A stretch of DNA of 64,000 bases from Azolla caroliniana (GCA_043228905.1 JBHGNT010000002.1:22320001-22384000), one strand, 5' to 3'. Shown: positions 26,601 to 37,253, counted from the stretch's first letter. Translations and numbers: made by a program. Notes: generated by a model not told the origin, from the letters alone.

Positions 26601-27069
26601 TCATCTTTTGCCAGCTATCTTCCGGTAGCGGAACCGCAACTTGCTTGATCTTCTTATCCACCGTTTTATATTTCGTGTTGATGTCAGCTTCCTTCATCGA
26701 GATGCCACAACGGTATTCATCGATGATAGCGTACATGTTGACGGAGTTAACCGAAATCACGCGTTGGTTGTGAAGATAGCTCAAGTCCATGACGTCCTCG
26801 ATTTCGCCGATGGTGTCGTTAAATGAGGCTTCTTCCATAATATGAGTCACGAACTCTCCTTCTTCTATTATGTTCTCTTCTTTCAGCATCTTCTCGAATT
26901 CTTGTATCCGGTGCTTGTGCTTCTTGTCGGGTAGTACTAGTTTACATGCGCCACTAGGTGTGACACATGTTGCTTCTCCTTGCAATCCACACACTCTTCT
27001 TTCTTGTGGGGTCTTGTGATTGCTCGGACTATTTGTGCCCCATGCTTCAATAGTCCGCTCTAAAAATCC
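23602..27069 (-). CDS. Gypsy B Pol ORF (RT, RNase H, integrase); frame stays open back to the frameshift site at 27069
   Basis: DLYSGYDQF, LPQGATNS, PFLDD, VDTSPTGIG..YAQVKRELWG, HESAWAGH..CETC, WMVDL..VADRGE..GKIERGH and a GPY/F-like tail. 1130-aa ORF from 26994. Probable 1-nt frameshift near the C terminus. Confidence 0.9.
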   Translation of the reverse strand, partial: GFLERTIEAWGTNSPSNHKTPQERRVCGLQGEATCVTPSGACKLVLPDKKHKHRIQEFEKMLKEENIIEEGEFVTHIMEEASFNDTIGEIEDVMDLSYLHNQRVISVNSVNMYAIIDEYRCGISMKEADINTKYKTVDKKIKQVAVPLPEDSWQKMKEVANDPSLRDPKKIGHVFTKETKGKLRVGKEDFLLPEEERMFRDMLERHGKAFAFFPREIGCADPKVIEPMVIFTVPHVPWNLKPIPVPRAHLPKLIELLKEKVSMGILEPSNAPYSNRWFTVPKKNGSLRFIQDLQPVNKVTIRNVGIGPSVDEFAEAFAGRSIYSIGDLYSGYDQFQLAIDSRDITTMRTPIGLVRMCTLPQGATNSVAHMVNAMNKVLKDCIPDITMPFLDDIPIKGCSDEEKDESKDKEGCRKFVADHMKDCKKVLQRLKDANLTFSGEKSAFGQPEILVVGHLCGAYGRKPLPSKVNAIQDMKEECENQTEVRRFLGACAFYHIWIPHYAHVAEPLYGLLKKRIKFKWRDEHTKAMRRLKKLLLEALALRKADYAEGKPIYVTVDTSPTGIGWVINQEGEDNARYVIRFGAKVLSERQQRYAQVKRELWGIVSVVKTDKDYLIGSEVIIETDCLPILGMVSGCATPDLAMLRWIAYIKSLNPEICHIAGKKNAMADMLSRARFSNGSNMVSEDEDVTLDFFKMAQLSAEDQDTQTLHAFNENEYEGEWLLISRFLRTLTTDASLTKEEALRIRKKAYRYFLKGGFLWRHPKRRTGIPRRVVVKKEEQETLMTEFHESAWAGHKGTWATFEKLKEKYWLPSMYKDILHFVSTCETCQIYSNIRHRDELKPTYPLTIHFKWMVDLVSMPMGLGQMKYLALAREDLTNQVEGRALTNKTTSAVCKFLLEDVVCRYGCVGKIVADRGELDAHEATELFERLGVKLSLTTAYNPEANGKIERGHGPIVKAIVRACNGRVGNWPRLLPYALWADRTTHSSVTRYMPTELMYGQKPIMPIERTIASWVAIPWENEMSREELLVARIRQLERRPEDLEKARKMMKAARVKNKVRFDNTHRLRPKKIEEGDWVLVYDSTLDNQHSTTRKFARRWFRSYVVTSANDNATYHLAELDGSRLAVPIAGKRVKISRKDKTRILTSITSTMNIMGRM
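27007..27069 (-). other. Candidate programmed -1 ribosomal frameshift signal (G GAU UUU plus H-type pseudoknot)
   Basis: Heptamer 27069-27063 lies directly before the Gag-PR stop and Pol is in the -1 frame. 5-nt spacer, 9-bp stem CGGACUAUU/AAUAGUCCG, and loop UGGGG complementary to downstream CCCCA. Confidence 0.75.
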
Positions 27070-27231
27070 GAGGATTCGCCTCCGAGACTATCTCGATTCC
27101 TTTCGTGATTGGCTCGCACCGTTAGGAATTGGACCAATCTTTGGTTGTCAAGACTCTTTATTCGTGCGAAGGCTGCTCCATTATCGAACACTCTGGTCTC
27201 CATCCGAGATGATGTGATATAAGGTTGCCCT

Positions 27232-27409
27232 CAGGGCAAAAATTTGACGGGTGTAATGCCCGTCAAAGGCCATTTTGCCCGTCAAAAACATACATCTAAT
27301 AAAAATGTCCGTCAAATGACATATAAAGTATAAAATTTTCCTTTTCATATGAAAGGCCACTAAAAATTATCCATGTCAAATGACATGCTAAAATTCTAAT
27401 TTCCATGTC

Positions 27410-27454
<45 letters not shown>

Positions 27455-29593
27455 AACTAATAAGTTATAAGTTATAACTATGTGTGTAGTATGTAGTTAC
27501 AACTTACTAAGTTACTAGTATAAAGTGTGTAATATACTAGGTCCTAGAATTAAGAGTCTAGTCTAATATATATTAATATGACAATATTATAACTTCTAAG
27601 TTTATATATATGTATTTAGTTACTAGTATATATATATATATATTATTATATATATATATCTTATATGTTTTTTAAAAACACACTTAAAATAAAAAATATA
27701 AATTGTAAGGTGTAAATTGTAATGATGAATCATGATTTATGATATAAATTCTCAAATCGATTTAAAATTTTAACAATAACATTAGTCATTTATTAAATAC
27801 TCTAATATACTTTTTTTTTCGAAAAAAAAATACTTTAAATTCTAATATACTAGAGTGTAGAGTTTAGACTCTAGGTTTAATTTAAGTTTTAATTTAAAAC
27901 TAAAAATTTTACTAACCATCTTTTTATACTTATAAGTTATTACATTTTACTATTATCTATGCTTTATTAAAAAATTAAGGTTAATAATAACTTATTAGTA
28001 CAGAACAAAGGTGAGTACTTCTATTAGGGTAGCAAGCTATTCTTCCACAGTCCACTTAAAAATTATTGATTTTATATGTAGTTTTTCTGCAGCAACAATA
28101 GAAGAAGACACCCTTCAAGGCTAGGCTTAAGCTTCAACATTTTAAATAGGTAAGTTACCATCTATTACATTATGTAATATTATACAATATAGTTTTTGTA
28201 TTACTTAAGCAATAACTTGCCTGATTGTATTATATTGAAATGAAATACTTTTAATACACAAGTTTTAAGTTAAAATTAAAACTTTTAATAGTTACCATCC
28301 TTTTTATAGTTATTAAGTTATTACTAATAACTATCATCTATGCTTTATGAAGAAATTAAGGTTAGTAATAACTTATTAGTATAGAAAATAAGTGAGTAAG
28401 TACTTCTATTAGGGTAGCAAGCTATTGTTTCACTTAAAAATTATTGATTTCATATGTATTTCTACAGCAACAATAGAAGAAGACATCCTTCAAGGCTAGG
28501 CTCAAGCTTCAACATTTCAAATAGGCAAGTTACCATCTATTACATTATGTAATATTATACAATATAGTTTTTGTATTATTTAAACAATAACTTGGCTGTT
28601 TGTATTATATTGAAATGAAATAGTTTTAATACACAAGTTTTAAGTTAAAATTAAAACTTTTAACAGTTACCATTCTTTTTATAGTTATTAAGTTATTACT
28701 AATAACTATCATCTATGCTTTATGAAGAAATTAAGGTTAGTAATAACTTATTAGTATAGAAAATAAGTGAGTAAGTACTTCTATTAGGGTAGTAAGCTAT
28801 TGTTCCACTTAAAAATTATTGATTTTATATGTAGTTGTTCTGCAGCAACAATAGAAGAAGACATCCTTCAAGGCTAGGCTCAAGCTTCAACATTTTAAAT
28901 AGGTAAGTTACCATCTATCACATTATTTAATTTTATACAATATAGTTTTTGTATTACTTAATAACTTGGTTGTTTGTATTATATTGAAATGAAATACTTT
29001 TAGTACAAAAGTTTTAAGTTAAAACTAAAACTTTTACTAGCCATCCTTTTTATAATTATTAAGTTATTACTAATAAGTTATAACTATCATCTATGCTTTA
29101 TTAAAAAACTAAGGTTAGAACTTAGTAATAATTTATTGATATAGAAAATAGGTGAGTAAGTACTTCTATTAGGGTAGCAAGTTATTGTTTCACTTGAAAA
29201 TGATTGATTTTACATATAGTTGTCCAGCAACAACAATAAAAGAATACATGATACATCCATCCAACTTTAACATTTTAAATATGTAAGTTACCATCTATCA
29301 CATTATGTAATATAATACAATATAGGTTTTGTATTATCTAAGCAATAACTTAACTGTTTATATTATATTGAAATGAAATACTTTTAGTACATAGGTTTTA
29401 AGTTAAAACTAAAACTTTTACTTACCATTGTTTCTATTATTGTTAAGTCATTACTATCATCTATGCTTTTCATGTCTAAAATCTGTATGTCAAATGACAT
29501 GTTAAGTTTTTGCAATCTTCTGTCATATGACATACATCTTTAAAAAATGCCCGTCAAAAAACTTTAAGACTAACCCGTCAATTTTAGGCCCTG
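27232..29593. mobile_element. Non-autonomous hAT-type DNA transposon (2362 bp) inserted in the gypsy protease
   Basis: TIRs CAGGGCAAAAATTTGACGGGT / CAGGGCCTAAAATTGACGGGT (reverse complement). Perfect 8-bp TSD GTTGCCCT (27224-27231, 29594-29601). Subterminal CCCGTCAAA/GTCAAATGAC motifs. No transposase ORF. Confidence 0.92.
27885..29470. repeat. About 380-bp AT-rich tandem repeat, about 4.2 copies, inside the hAT element
   Basis: Anchor CTATTAGGGTAG at 28021, 28406, 28781 and 29166. Confidence 0.88.
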
Positions 29594-30608
29594 GTTGCCC
29601 TAGGATGACAGGATGTGACGCCGATTCTTGTACGAAGAAGTGTTGATCCATCTCCACATCCCCGATCGTGACTTTGACATTGGGACAAGCTCCGTACAAG
29701 TCCTCCGTAGACTTTGTTGCCGCGCGAATCTTCCATCCATGGTTTGTATCGATTGGCCATCTTCCCTTTTTGTAGAAGTCGGTTGACATGAGATTGATCT
29801 TCGAGCCGTGGTCGATCAAAGCTACGACGGTCTCTTTCTTCTCCCCGATCTTCACCGGCGTCTCCGTTGTCGCTCGTGCCCAATGAGGTCGAGTGTAGTG
29901 GCTGTCCACCATATCTTCATCGATTTCGTCTCTTGCCATCGTTATGGCATTCGTTTTTGCTTTTTGCGGCTTCTCTTCTTCCTCGTCCGATTGTTGTCTC
30001 TTTCTCTTTACAAGGTCCACGATCGTGTCATGGAACTCCTTCTTCGTAATGCCAAGCAATTCCCTCAAGGACAAAGTTACGTGGCTATCAAGAACTCGTT
30101 CTTCGAGAATCTTCTTTAGGTCCGTCGTCTGCTCTATGTCCGACCTTAGCTTATAGGTAGGTATAGTCCTTGTCCTCCGAGCGGGGTCTTCGACACCAAC
30201 CTTCACGGGCCGAACCGTTTCTTCAACTCGTATGCTTGGCTCCCCTTTTGGGCTTGATTCTCGTTCCTCCGTTTGTAAAGGTCGACTCGTCTCCGTATCG
30301 TCCTTCTTTTTCGCATTCCTTGTTTCATGTCTTTTTGATGGGCCTTGCTCTTCTATTCCCTTTCTCTTTTCTTCGACGAACACCTCGTGGTTGTCGCACA
30401 TCACCTCTGCGAGTATGGTGTTGTCGTCCAACGGATCCGACCACCCGGTTATGCTTTGCACGCTTCGGTCCGCAAGCTCTACCTCGTTCGATGTGACTTT
30501 TCCCTTCTTCTCATATTCGAGAACGGAAGTCCAAAACTTTGCTCCTGCTCTAGCAGCTTCAGTCTTGTCTTTCCCGACTCTTATTCCGGCCGACGCGGCA
30601 TAGTGCAT

Positions 30609-30794
30609 TGTCGAATACAAGTGTATAATGGACATATTCACACTATCCTTTTGTATAGCTCAAGTCTGGGCCATTTGTGTAATTAGCATAAAGGGTAGTT
30701 GCCCTAAGTCGGTCACTATATAAAGTGACCTTGTAACCTTTTTGTAAGGTTGGTTGTATTATTGCTTTCTATGGAATAGAAAGACTCTTTTGTG

Positions 30795-30845
<51 letters not shown>

Positions 30846-33800
30846 ACGATCTCAGAAACTGTCATACGCAGGTACTCAACCCTAATCGAATGCTTCTTGA
30901 TCTTCCGCATTGACGGCCTTGTCTCTTCCCAACATTTGGTATCAGAGCAGAGGTTCCTCAACCCGCTGTCGGCCGTCGTCTCAGCCTGCACAGCATTCGG
31001 TTTCCTGCGTCATTCGAAGAAGAGAGAAGAAGAAGAAAAAACGAGGCTCGCACCTCATCGCGTTAGATCATCTTCGCCTGGAGTAAGCCAGCCAGTTGTA
31101 CTCTGTTTCTTGTGATCGTAACCGCTCGAGGTGAAATCCCCTTGTGCAACATTGACACGATCGTGCTCCACTCGGTTAAACGGCATCCGAAGAGGTCATC
31201 AAACGCTGCTCGCAGCTCATTGTAACCACTCGGTGCAGATCGGTCTCAAGACAACAACCCCAATTCGTGCTTCATCCGGCTGATCGACATTCGGGAGGAT
31301 CAGTTGAATACGTCTCTCTCGTCGCTGCAGTCACCCGAAGCAGAATCGGTCCTGACAATCGGTTTCAATAATCGGTATTTGGCATATATATTCGGAAGCG
31401 AACCGGGCTCACTCCGACTCGACAACATTCGGGAAGACCAGTCGGTTCTGTCCCTCAAGTTACCGGAGTCAATTTGAGCAAGTTCAACAATACATATATC
31501 CGAAGCCGAACCGACTCGGGTTCAAATCCGACTAGAACGATATCGGGTGAGCCAACCGGCTGCACTCCAACAAGGTTCGTAGTCAACTCCGAACCGAGCT
31601 TCGTCAACCGAAACCAAACTTGATGGCATCAACATCCGGCTCGTCAGAAATGAGTCTACGAAAGTTTGATGGATCGAACTTCAACTTCTGGAAGGAGCAG
31701 ATGCAGGACTATCTCATAGTCAAGGGGCAAATCGATCCCATCGAAAATGAAGAACCTCCAGAAGGATACAAACCAATTGAGTGGCAGAAGCTGGACAGAA
31801 TCGTCCGCGCCACGATTCGGATGCACCTATCGGAATCGGTATACTTTACGGTGCAATCGTGTACGACAGCATTCGAACTGTGGAAAACACTGTCGGACAC
31901 CTACGAGAAGAAGGTCGCCGCAACGAAGATGTTTCTGATCCGGCGCCTCTACAACTTGCGGATGAAAGAATCCGATTCGGTTCAAGCACATCTCAATGAG
32001 TACGAAAGCATAAGCTCCCAAATCTCATCTCAGGGGACGGCAATCGAGGATGAACTCAGAGCAATGATACTCATGAGCAGCCTTCCCTCATCATGGGAAA
32101 CTTTCGTCACAACCGTGTGCAACGCGTCAACCACGGCTGTTAAATACTCCGAAGTCACGAGCGCAATCCTAACCGAAGCAGCTCGGAGAAAGTCTTTCGC
32201 CAAAGACTCAACAGACGACGCTTATGTAGTACAAGGTTCGACAGACCGATCGAACATACGAGGAAGAGATTCCTCACGGCAGCCGAACAATCAGCGAAGA
32301 TGGAGCCAGTCACGGGATAATCGAATCTGCAACTATTGCAAGAAACCCGGACACATCAAAGCCGACTGCTGCGCACTCAAGAACAAGAACGACAAGTCTC
32401 AGAAATCAGACAAGAAGAGTGGCCGGCATGAGGAGATCAATTACGTCAGCTTCTCAGCTGATGTGCTACCAAACGACCCGAATATACTATCAATCGAAAA
32501 TCCAGTCGGATCAAAAGTTCTGCTCACGACTGAAGAATCGAGCACATGGCTCTTAGATTCGGGTGCGTCATTTCACGTGACTCCTCATCGATCCCAATTT
32601 CGGCAATATACGACCCGTCACTCCGACTCAGTTCGAGTCGGCAACTCGCAACACTGCGACATCATTGGAATCTGCACAGTAGAGCTCAACCTTGCAGGTG
32701 GCTCTACACTTGTACTTCACAATGTCCGACATGTACCCGAGCTCTCAAGGCCATTGATCTCAGTCGGACAACTAGATGAAGACGGCATTCGTGCCGGTTT
32801 TTCTTCGGGAGGGTGGACACTCCACAGGGGGAACCTCCTGCTTGCTAGAGGACCCAAGATACACTCACTGTATCCGTTACATGTTACGCTCAGAGAGGGT
32901 AACCTGTTTTTGGTGGATATTCCTGTGTCATCACTATGGCACAGAAGATTAGGACACCTCAGCAAGGCCGGCATTACGCACCTATCTAGAGCCGGATACA
33001 TCCCTAAACTCTCCTTCTCGGACCATCAATTCTGCGAACATTGCCAGTATGGCAAACAAGCAGCCGCATCACACCCGACATCAGCACCAAGAGAAACGAG
33101 ACCTCTCGATTTAGTCCACTCGGACATCTGTGGCCCAATGCCGCATCAGTCTCTCGGCGGTGCCTCTTACTTCGTCAGTTTTATTGACGATTCGACTCGA
33201 AAGGTGTGGGCTTATCCAATTCGCACCAAAGATCGTGTCTTCTCGATCTTCTCCGATTGGCTCGCTATGGTAGAAAATCAAACTGATCGAAAACTGAAAT
33301 GCTTTCGGATCGACAATGGGGGAGAGTTCAAATCAGAAGAATTCGTCAAATTCTGCCGACAACGCGGCATCCGACGTGAATTTACGGCACCACACAGTCC
33401 GGAGCAAAACGGGATTGCAGAACGCATGAATCGGACAATCCAAGAACGGATAGTTTCCATGCTCCAACACTCCGGACTGTCGGATGGCTTCTGGGCAGAG
33501 GCTCTACTCACGGCAGTACACATAATCAATATGTCGCCAAGTAGACCTCTAGGACTTCAAATTCCTCAGGAACTATGGATCGGCAGTAAGCCGAATTACG
33601 ACAAGCTGAGGATCTTCGGATGCGAGGCGTACGCCCTTATTCCGAAAGATGATCGCCGAAAACTTGCACCTCGGTCCAGGAAATGCATTTTCCTTGGATA
33701 TGGATCAGACGGCGAAATGGGATACCGACTCTGGGACCCCGAACGCAAACAAATCGTTCGAAGTTCGGACGTTGTGTTCAACGAGTCGGCTATGAATCCA

Positions 33801-36034
33801 TCAGTCAAAACACCGATCGAAGTCCGAAGGGTAACATTTTCCGATGTGCCGACCCTTCAAGAAGGCCCCGCTCTTAACACACGGTTAGCTTCACGGGTAG
33901 CTGAACCTTACACTACCGACTCGGACAACTCCAACTCGGCACAACAGAATAATTCGCTTTCGGACCATCCGACCTCGATACCCGATACGACCAGTCCAGT
34001 CATACCTCGACGATCCGAGAGACTGTCGCAACCTCCGGAGAGGTATTCTCCTGGAATTTTCTTCACCGACGCCGGCGAACCGACGTCTTACGAAGAAGCA
34101 TCGACATCTGTCGATTCAGCCACCTGGCATCTGGCGATGGAGTCGGAAATGCACTCCATTCGAGCAAACAAGACTTGGGATCTGGTCGAATTACCTAAGA
34201 ATCGACGTGCTCTTCCTTGCAAGTGGGTTTATCGACTAAAAGAGACGTCTGATTCGACCACCCCAAAGTACAAGGCCAGATTAGTTGCAAAGGGCTTCCG
34301 ACAAGAATATGGCGTCGACTTCGACGAGATTTTTTCACCAGTGGTGAAAATGACAACCCTTCGTTTTCTACTCGGCGTAGTGGCAGCCGACAACTTGGAG
34401 CTGATTCAGCTAGATGTCAAAACAGCCTTCCTCCATGGTGATCTTGAAGAGGAAATTTATATGGAGCAGCCAAAAGGCTTCGTGGCAACTGGCCAAGAAC
34501 ATCTAGTCTGCCGACTCAGGAAGAGTCTATACGGCCTCAAACAGGCACCGCGACAATGGTACAAGAAGTTCGACGACTTCATCCAATCGATCGGCTTCTC
34601 AAAAAGCGATGAGGACCATTGTCTTTTTACCAACACAGCTCAAGATGGATCACCCATCTTCCTCATCATTTACGTGGACGACATGCTAATTTCTGGACGC
34701 CACGCGGGCGAACTTGCCGATCTCGTTCGGCAATTGCGGTTGAAGTTTGCCATGAAGGACCTCGGTCCGGCACGACACATACTTGGCATGAAGATTAGTC
34801 GGCATCGCGATAAACGACATCTTTTTTTGTCTCAGACCGACTATATCGGACGTGTCTTGGAACGCTTCAACATGCAATCAGCCAAATCTGCTTCAACCCC
34901 GCTCCCCATCAATCTTCGGCTCTCTCAGCGAGACTGCCCGACATCCGGTCCGGAGGGGGAAGATATGAAGTCGGTACCGTATGCACCGGCAGTCGGCTCC
35001 CTTATGTACCTGATGGTCGCAACACGGCCTGATATCTCTCATGCCGTAGGAGTCGTTAGCAGATTTATGCACAATCCTGGCCGATCGCATTGGAACGCAG
35101 TCAAGCATGTGTTCAGATATCTGGTTGGCACAAAAGACCACGACATTCTTTTCGGTCCGAACCGAACCTCAGGCGTAGTCGGTTACACCGACTCGGATTT
35201 CGCCGGCTGTATAGACAGTCGGAAATCAACAACCGGATACTGCTTCAAATTCGGCAATGGAGCAATTTCGTGGAAGTCGAAACTTCAGGAGTGCACAGCG
35301 ACCTCAACGACCGAAGCAGAATATGTAGCTGCGTCCGACGCTGCAAAAGAAGCTCTGTGGCTCGGCCGGCTGGCGCACACGTTTCGGCAAGTCGACCATG
35401 ACTCGGCCCCAGTTGTCTATAGCGACAGTCAAGGTGCTGTTGCCTTGTCGAAAAATCCGGTTCACCACAACGCCTCCAAACATATCGACGTTCGATATCA
35501 CTTCGTTCGGGACTGCGTCATTTCAGGGAAAATTGGTCTAGAGAAAATATCCACAACCGACAATGTCGCAGATGGAATGACCAAGTGTCTTTCGGCAGAC
35601 CGCTTTCGGTCCCTTCGGCATCAGATGGGCGTAACGACGAACCAGTCCGGTTAGAGCCGGACACAGCGCAGGATGGTTTCAGACAACCGACATCAGTTCC
35701 TTAATGATCGGCTTCAACTCTTCCGACCCGACCAGTTCGGTCTTCTGCCTTCGGACCCTGCCGACTCAAACAAAAACTGATATGTCCGAGAACCTAGATT
35801 TATACTTGTAATCTTAGATAACCCATGTATACGCCCATTACGGGGGAGTGTCGAATACAAGTGTATAATGGACATATTCACACTATCCTTTTGTATAGCT
35901 CAAGTCTGGGCCATTTGTGTAATTAGCATAAAGGGTAGTTGCCCTAAGTCGGTCACTATATAAAGTGACCTTGTAACCTTTTTGTAAGGTTGGTTGTATT
36001 ATTGCTTTCTATGGAATAGAAAGACTCTTTTGTG

Positions 36035-36099
<65 letters not shown>

Positions 36100-36188
36100 A
36101 CGATCTCAGAAACTGTCATACGCAGGTACTCAACCCTAATCGAATGCTTCTTGATCTTCCGCATTGACGGCCTTGTCTCTTCCCAACA
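30609..36188 (+). mobile_element. Intact, very recent Ty1/copia LTR retrotransposon D inserted in gypsy B gag
   Basis: LTRs 30609-30934 and 35849-36188 look identical except for CT-repeat length. TSD TGCAT (30604-30608, 36189-36193). PBS TGGTATCAGAGC at 30937-30948, PPT GGGGGAG at 35842-35848. Confidence 0.96.
31623..35654 (+). CDS. Copia D Gag-Pol polyprotein (Tnt1-like), uninterrupted, about 1343 aa
   Basis: KFDGSNFNFWK, CNYCKKPGHIKADC, WLLDSGAS, WHRRLGH..CEHC, LVHSDICGP..DNGGEF..NGIAER, CKWVY..YKARLVAKG, YVDD and GYTDSD..STTEAEY..KHIDVRYHF. Confidence 0.95.
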   Translation: MASTSGSSEMSLRKFDGSNFNFWKEQMQDYLIVKGQIDPIENEEPPEGYKPIEWQKLDRIVRATIRMHLSESVYFTVQSCTTAFELWKTLSDTYEKKVAATKMFLIRRLYNLRMKESDSVQAHLNEYESISSQISSQGTAIEDELRAMILMSSLPSSWETFVTTVCNASTTAVKYSEVTSAILTEAARRKSFAKDSTDDAYVVQGSTDRSNIRGRDSSRQPNNQRRWSQSRDNRICNYCKKPGHIKADCCALKNKNDKSQKSDKKSGRHEEINYVSFSADVLPNDPNILSIENPVGSKVLLTTEESSTWLLDSGASFHVTPHRSQFRQYTTRHSDSVRVGNSQHCDIIGICTVELNLAGGSTLVLHNVRHVPELSRPLISVGQLDEDGIRAGFSSGGWTLHRGNLLLARGPKIHSLYPLHVTLREGNLFLVDIPVSSLWHRRLGHLSKAGITHLSRAGYIPKLSFSDHQFCEHCQYGKQAAASHPTSAPRETRPLDLVHSDICGPMPHQSLGGASYFVSFIDDSTRKVWAYPIRTKDRVFSIFSDWLAMVENQTDRKLKCFRIDNGGEFKSEEFVKFCRQRGIRREFTAPHSPEQNGIAERMNRTIQERIVSMLQHSGLSDGFWAEALLTAVHIINMSPSRPLGLQIPQELWIGSKPNYDKLRIFGCEAYALIPKDDRRKLAPRSRKCIFLGYGSDGEMGYRLWDPERKQIVRSSDVVFNESAMNPSVKTPIEVRRVTFSDVPTLQEGPALNTRLASRVAEPYTTDSDNSNSAQQNNSLSDHPTSIPDTTSPVIPRRSERLSQPPERYSPGIFFTDAGEPTSYEEASTSVDSATWHLAMESEMHSIRANKTWDLVELPKNRRALPCKWVYRLKETSDSTTPKYKARLVAKGFRQEYGVDFDEIFSPVVKMTTLRFLLGVVAADNLELIQLDVKTAFLHGDLEEEIYMEQPKGFVATGQEHLVCRLRKSLYGLKQAPRQWYKKFDDFIQSIGFSKSDEDHCLFTNTAQDGSPIFLIIYVDDMLISGRHAGELADLVRQLRLKFAMKDLGPARHILGMKISRHRDKRHLFLSQTDYIGRVLERFNMQSAKSASTPLPINLRLSQRDCPTSGPEGEDMKSVPYAPAVGSLMYLMVATRPDISHAVGVVSRFMHNPGRSHWNAVKHVFRYLVGTKDHDILFGPNRTSGVVGYTDSDFAGCIDSRKSTTGYCFKFGNGAISWKSKLQECTATSTTEAEYVAASDAAKEALWLGRLAHTFRQVDHDSAPVVYSDSQGAVALSKNPVHHNASKHIDVRYHFVRDCVISGKIGLEKISTTDNVADGMTKCLSADRFRSLRHQMGVTTNQSG

Positions 36189-37253
36189 TGCATCGCATCC
36201 ACATGAGTCGCATCGACATCCTCCATAGATTTCTTCATTCCTCCTCTTCCGAAATTCACCCGTAGGGGTCTTCTAGTCTTGCTTGAGTAGATCATGTTGT
36301 CCTCTATGTATACGATATTTTGTCGAATCGCCTCTCGAAGGCTCGCACAATCCCTTCTCATGTGGTCCATGCTATCGCACCACACGCATCTAAAGGGTTC
36401 TTTTCCTTTAGGGCCCCGACGATTCATGTTGGCTAGCGTGACCTTCTCGAACTTCTTCGCTAGCTCTTCAATGATGTCATCATCAATCTTCTTTTCTTCC
36501 ACGTTAGTTTGTCTTGGCGGCTCAGCTACTTTCGGCGGTCTTGCTTCTCCATGGTAGTCGATCCCGTCAAGTCGGTGTCATCAACCCATTGGCGACGCTT
36601 GTCGAGCCTATTGCATGCCCGCTTTACCGCGATCCAATCCGCTACGAGCCCATTTGCTTGGGTATCATCTTCGAGAAGAGTCCCCAACTCCCGTCTATCC
36701 TTTATGTCTACGGCCTTCAAGAAGTACAAAGTCTTGTCCTCTTCAAGCAACACTTGGTCCGTATTGGGGAGACGACTAAACATCTGGTCGAATTCGTCGT
36801 ACACCCTCGAGACGCTCATCTTCTTATTCTTCTTCTCTATCCACTTCATCAAGGCATGTCGAGTCATCCTCGTTGAGTCTTCAGTCACGAACTCCGCTAG
36901 TATCATTTTCTCGAACTCGGACCATGTTGTCTTACCTTCTTGAAGCTCGATGACGCGTCTTTGGATGTTATTGGCGACAACTCTCTTGAAGCTTGCGATT
37001 TGACGTACCTCGGACACGTCCCTTTGATTCATCTCCCTTCTATATGCATCAAGGAACTTCGTAACATTCCTTCCATCGAATTGGCCCTCGAGCTCTACGA
37101 CACGATCGACAGCCTTCTCCACGCTCGCGTCGTTGCCCCGAGATCTCATCATTTGCTCGACGATTAGCATCATCCTTTCGAGCTCTCCCGCTTGGTTGCT
37201 TGAGGACGTCATCTCCAAGTATTAATCTCGACTTGATCCTTCCTACCGCCTCT

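Larger units (their letters stand above)
27060..37212 (-). pseudogene. Gypsy B Gag-protease ORF, split by copia D and the hAT element (segments 37212-36189, 30603-29594, 27223-27060)
   Basis: Gag FDGRNVTKFL, zinc knuckle CVWCDSMDHMRRDC, protease ALIDHGSKINLM...HPVILGQP|YITSSR, ending GESSDF*. One frameshift near 36560. Confidence 0.88.

Noticed and set aside
27885-29470. CRISPR-like reading of the regular repeats
   Set aside because: Eukaryotic context, whole units repeat with no unique spacers, and no cas genes.
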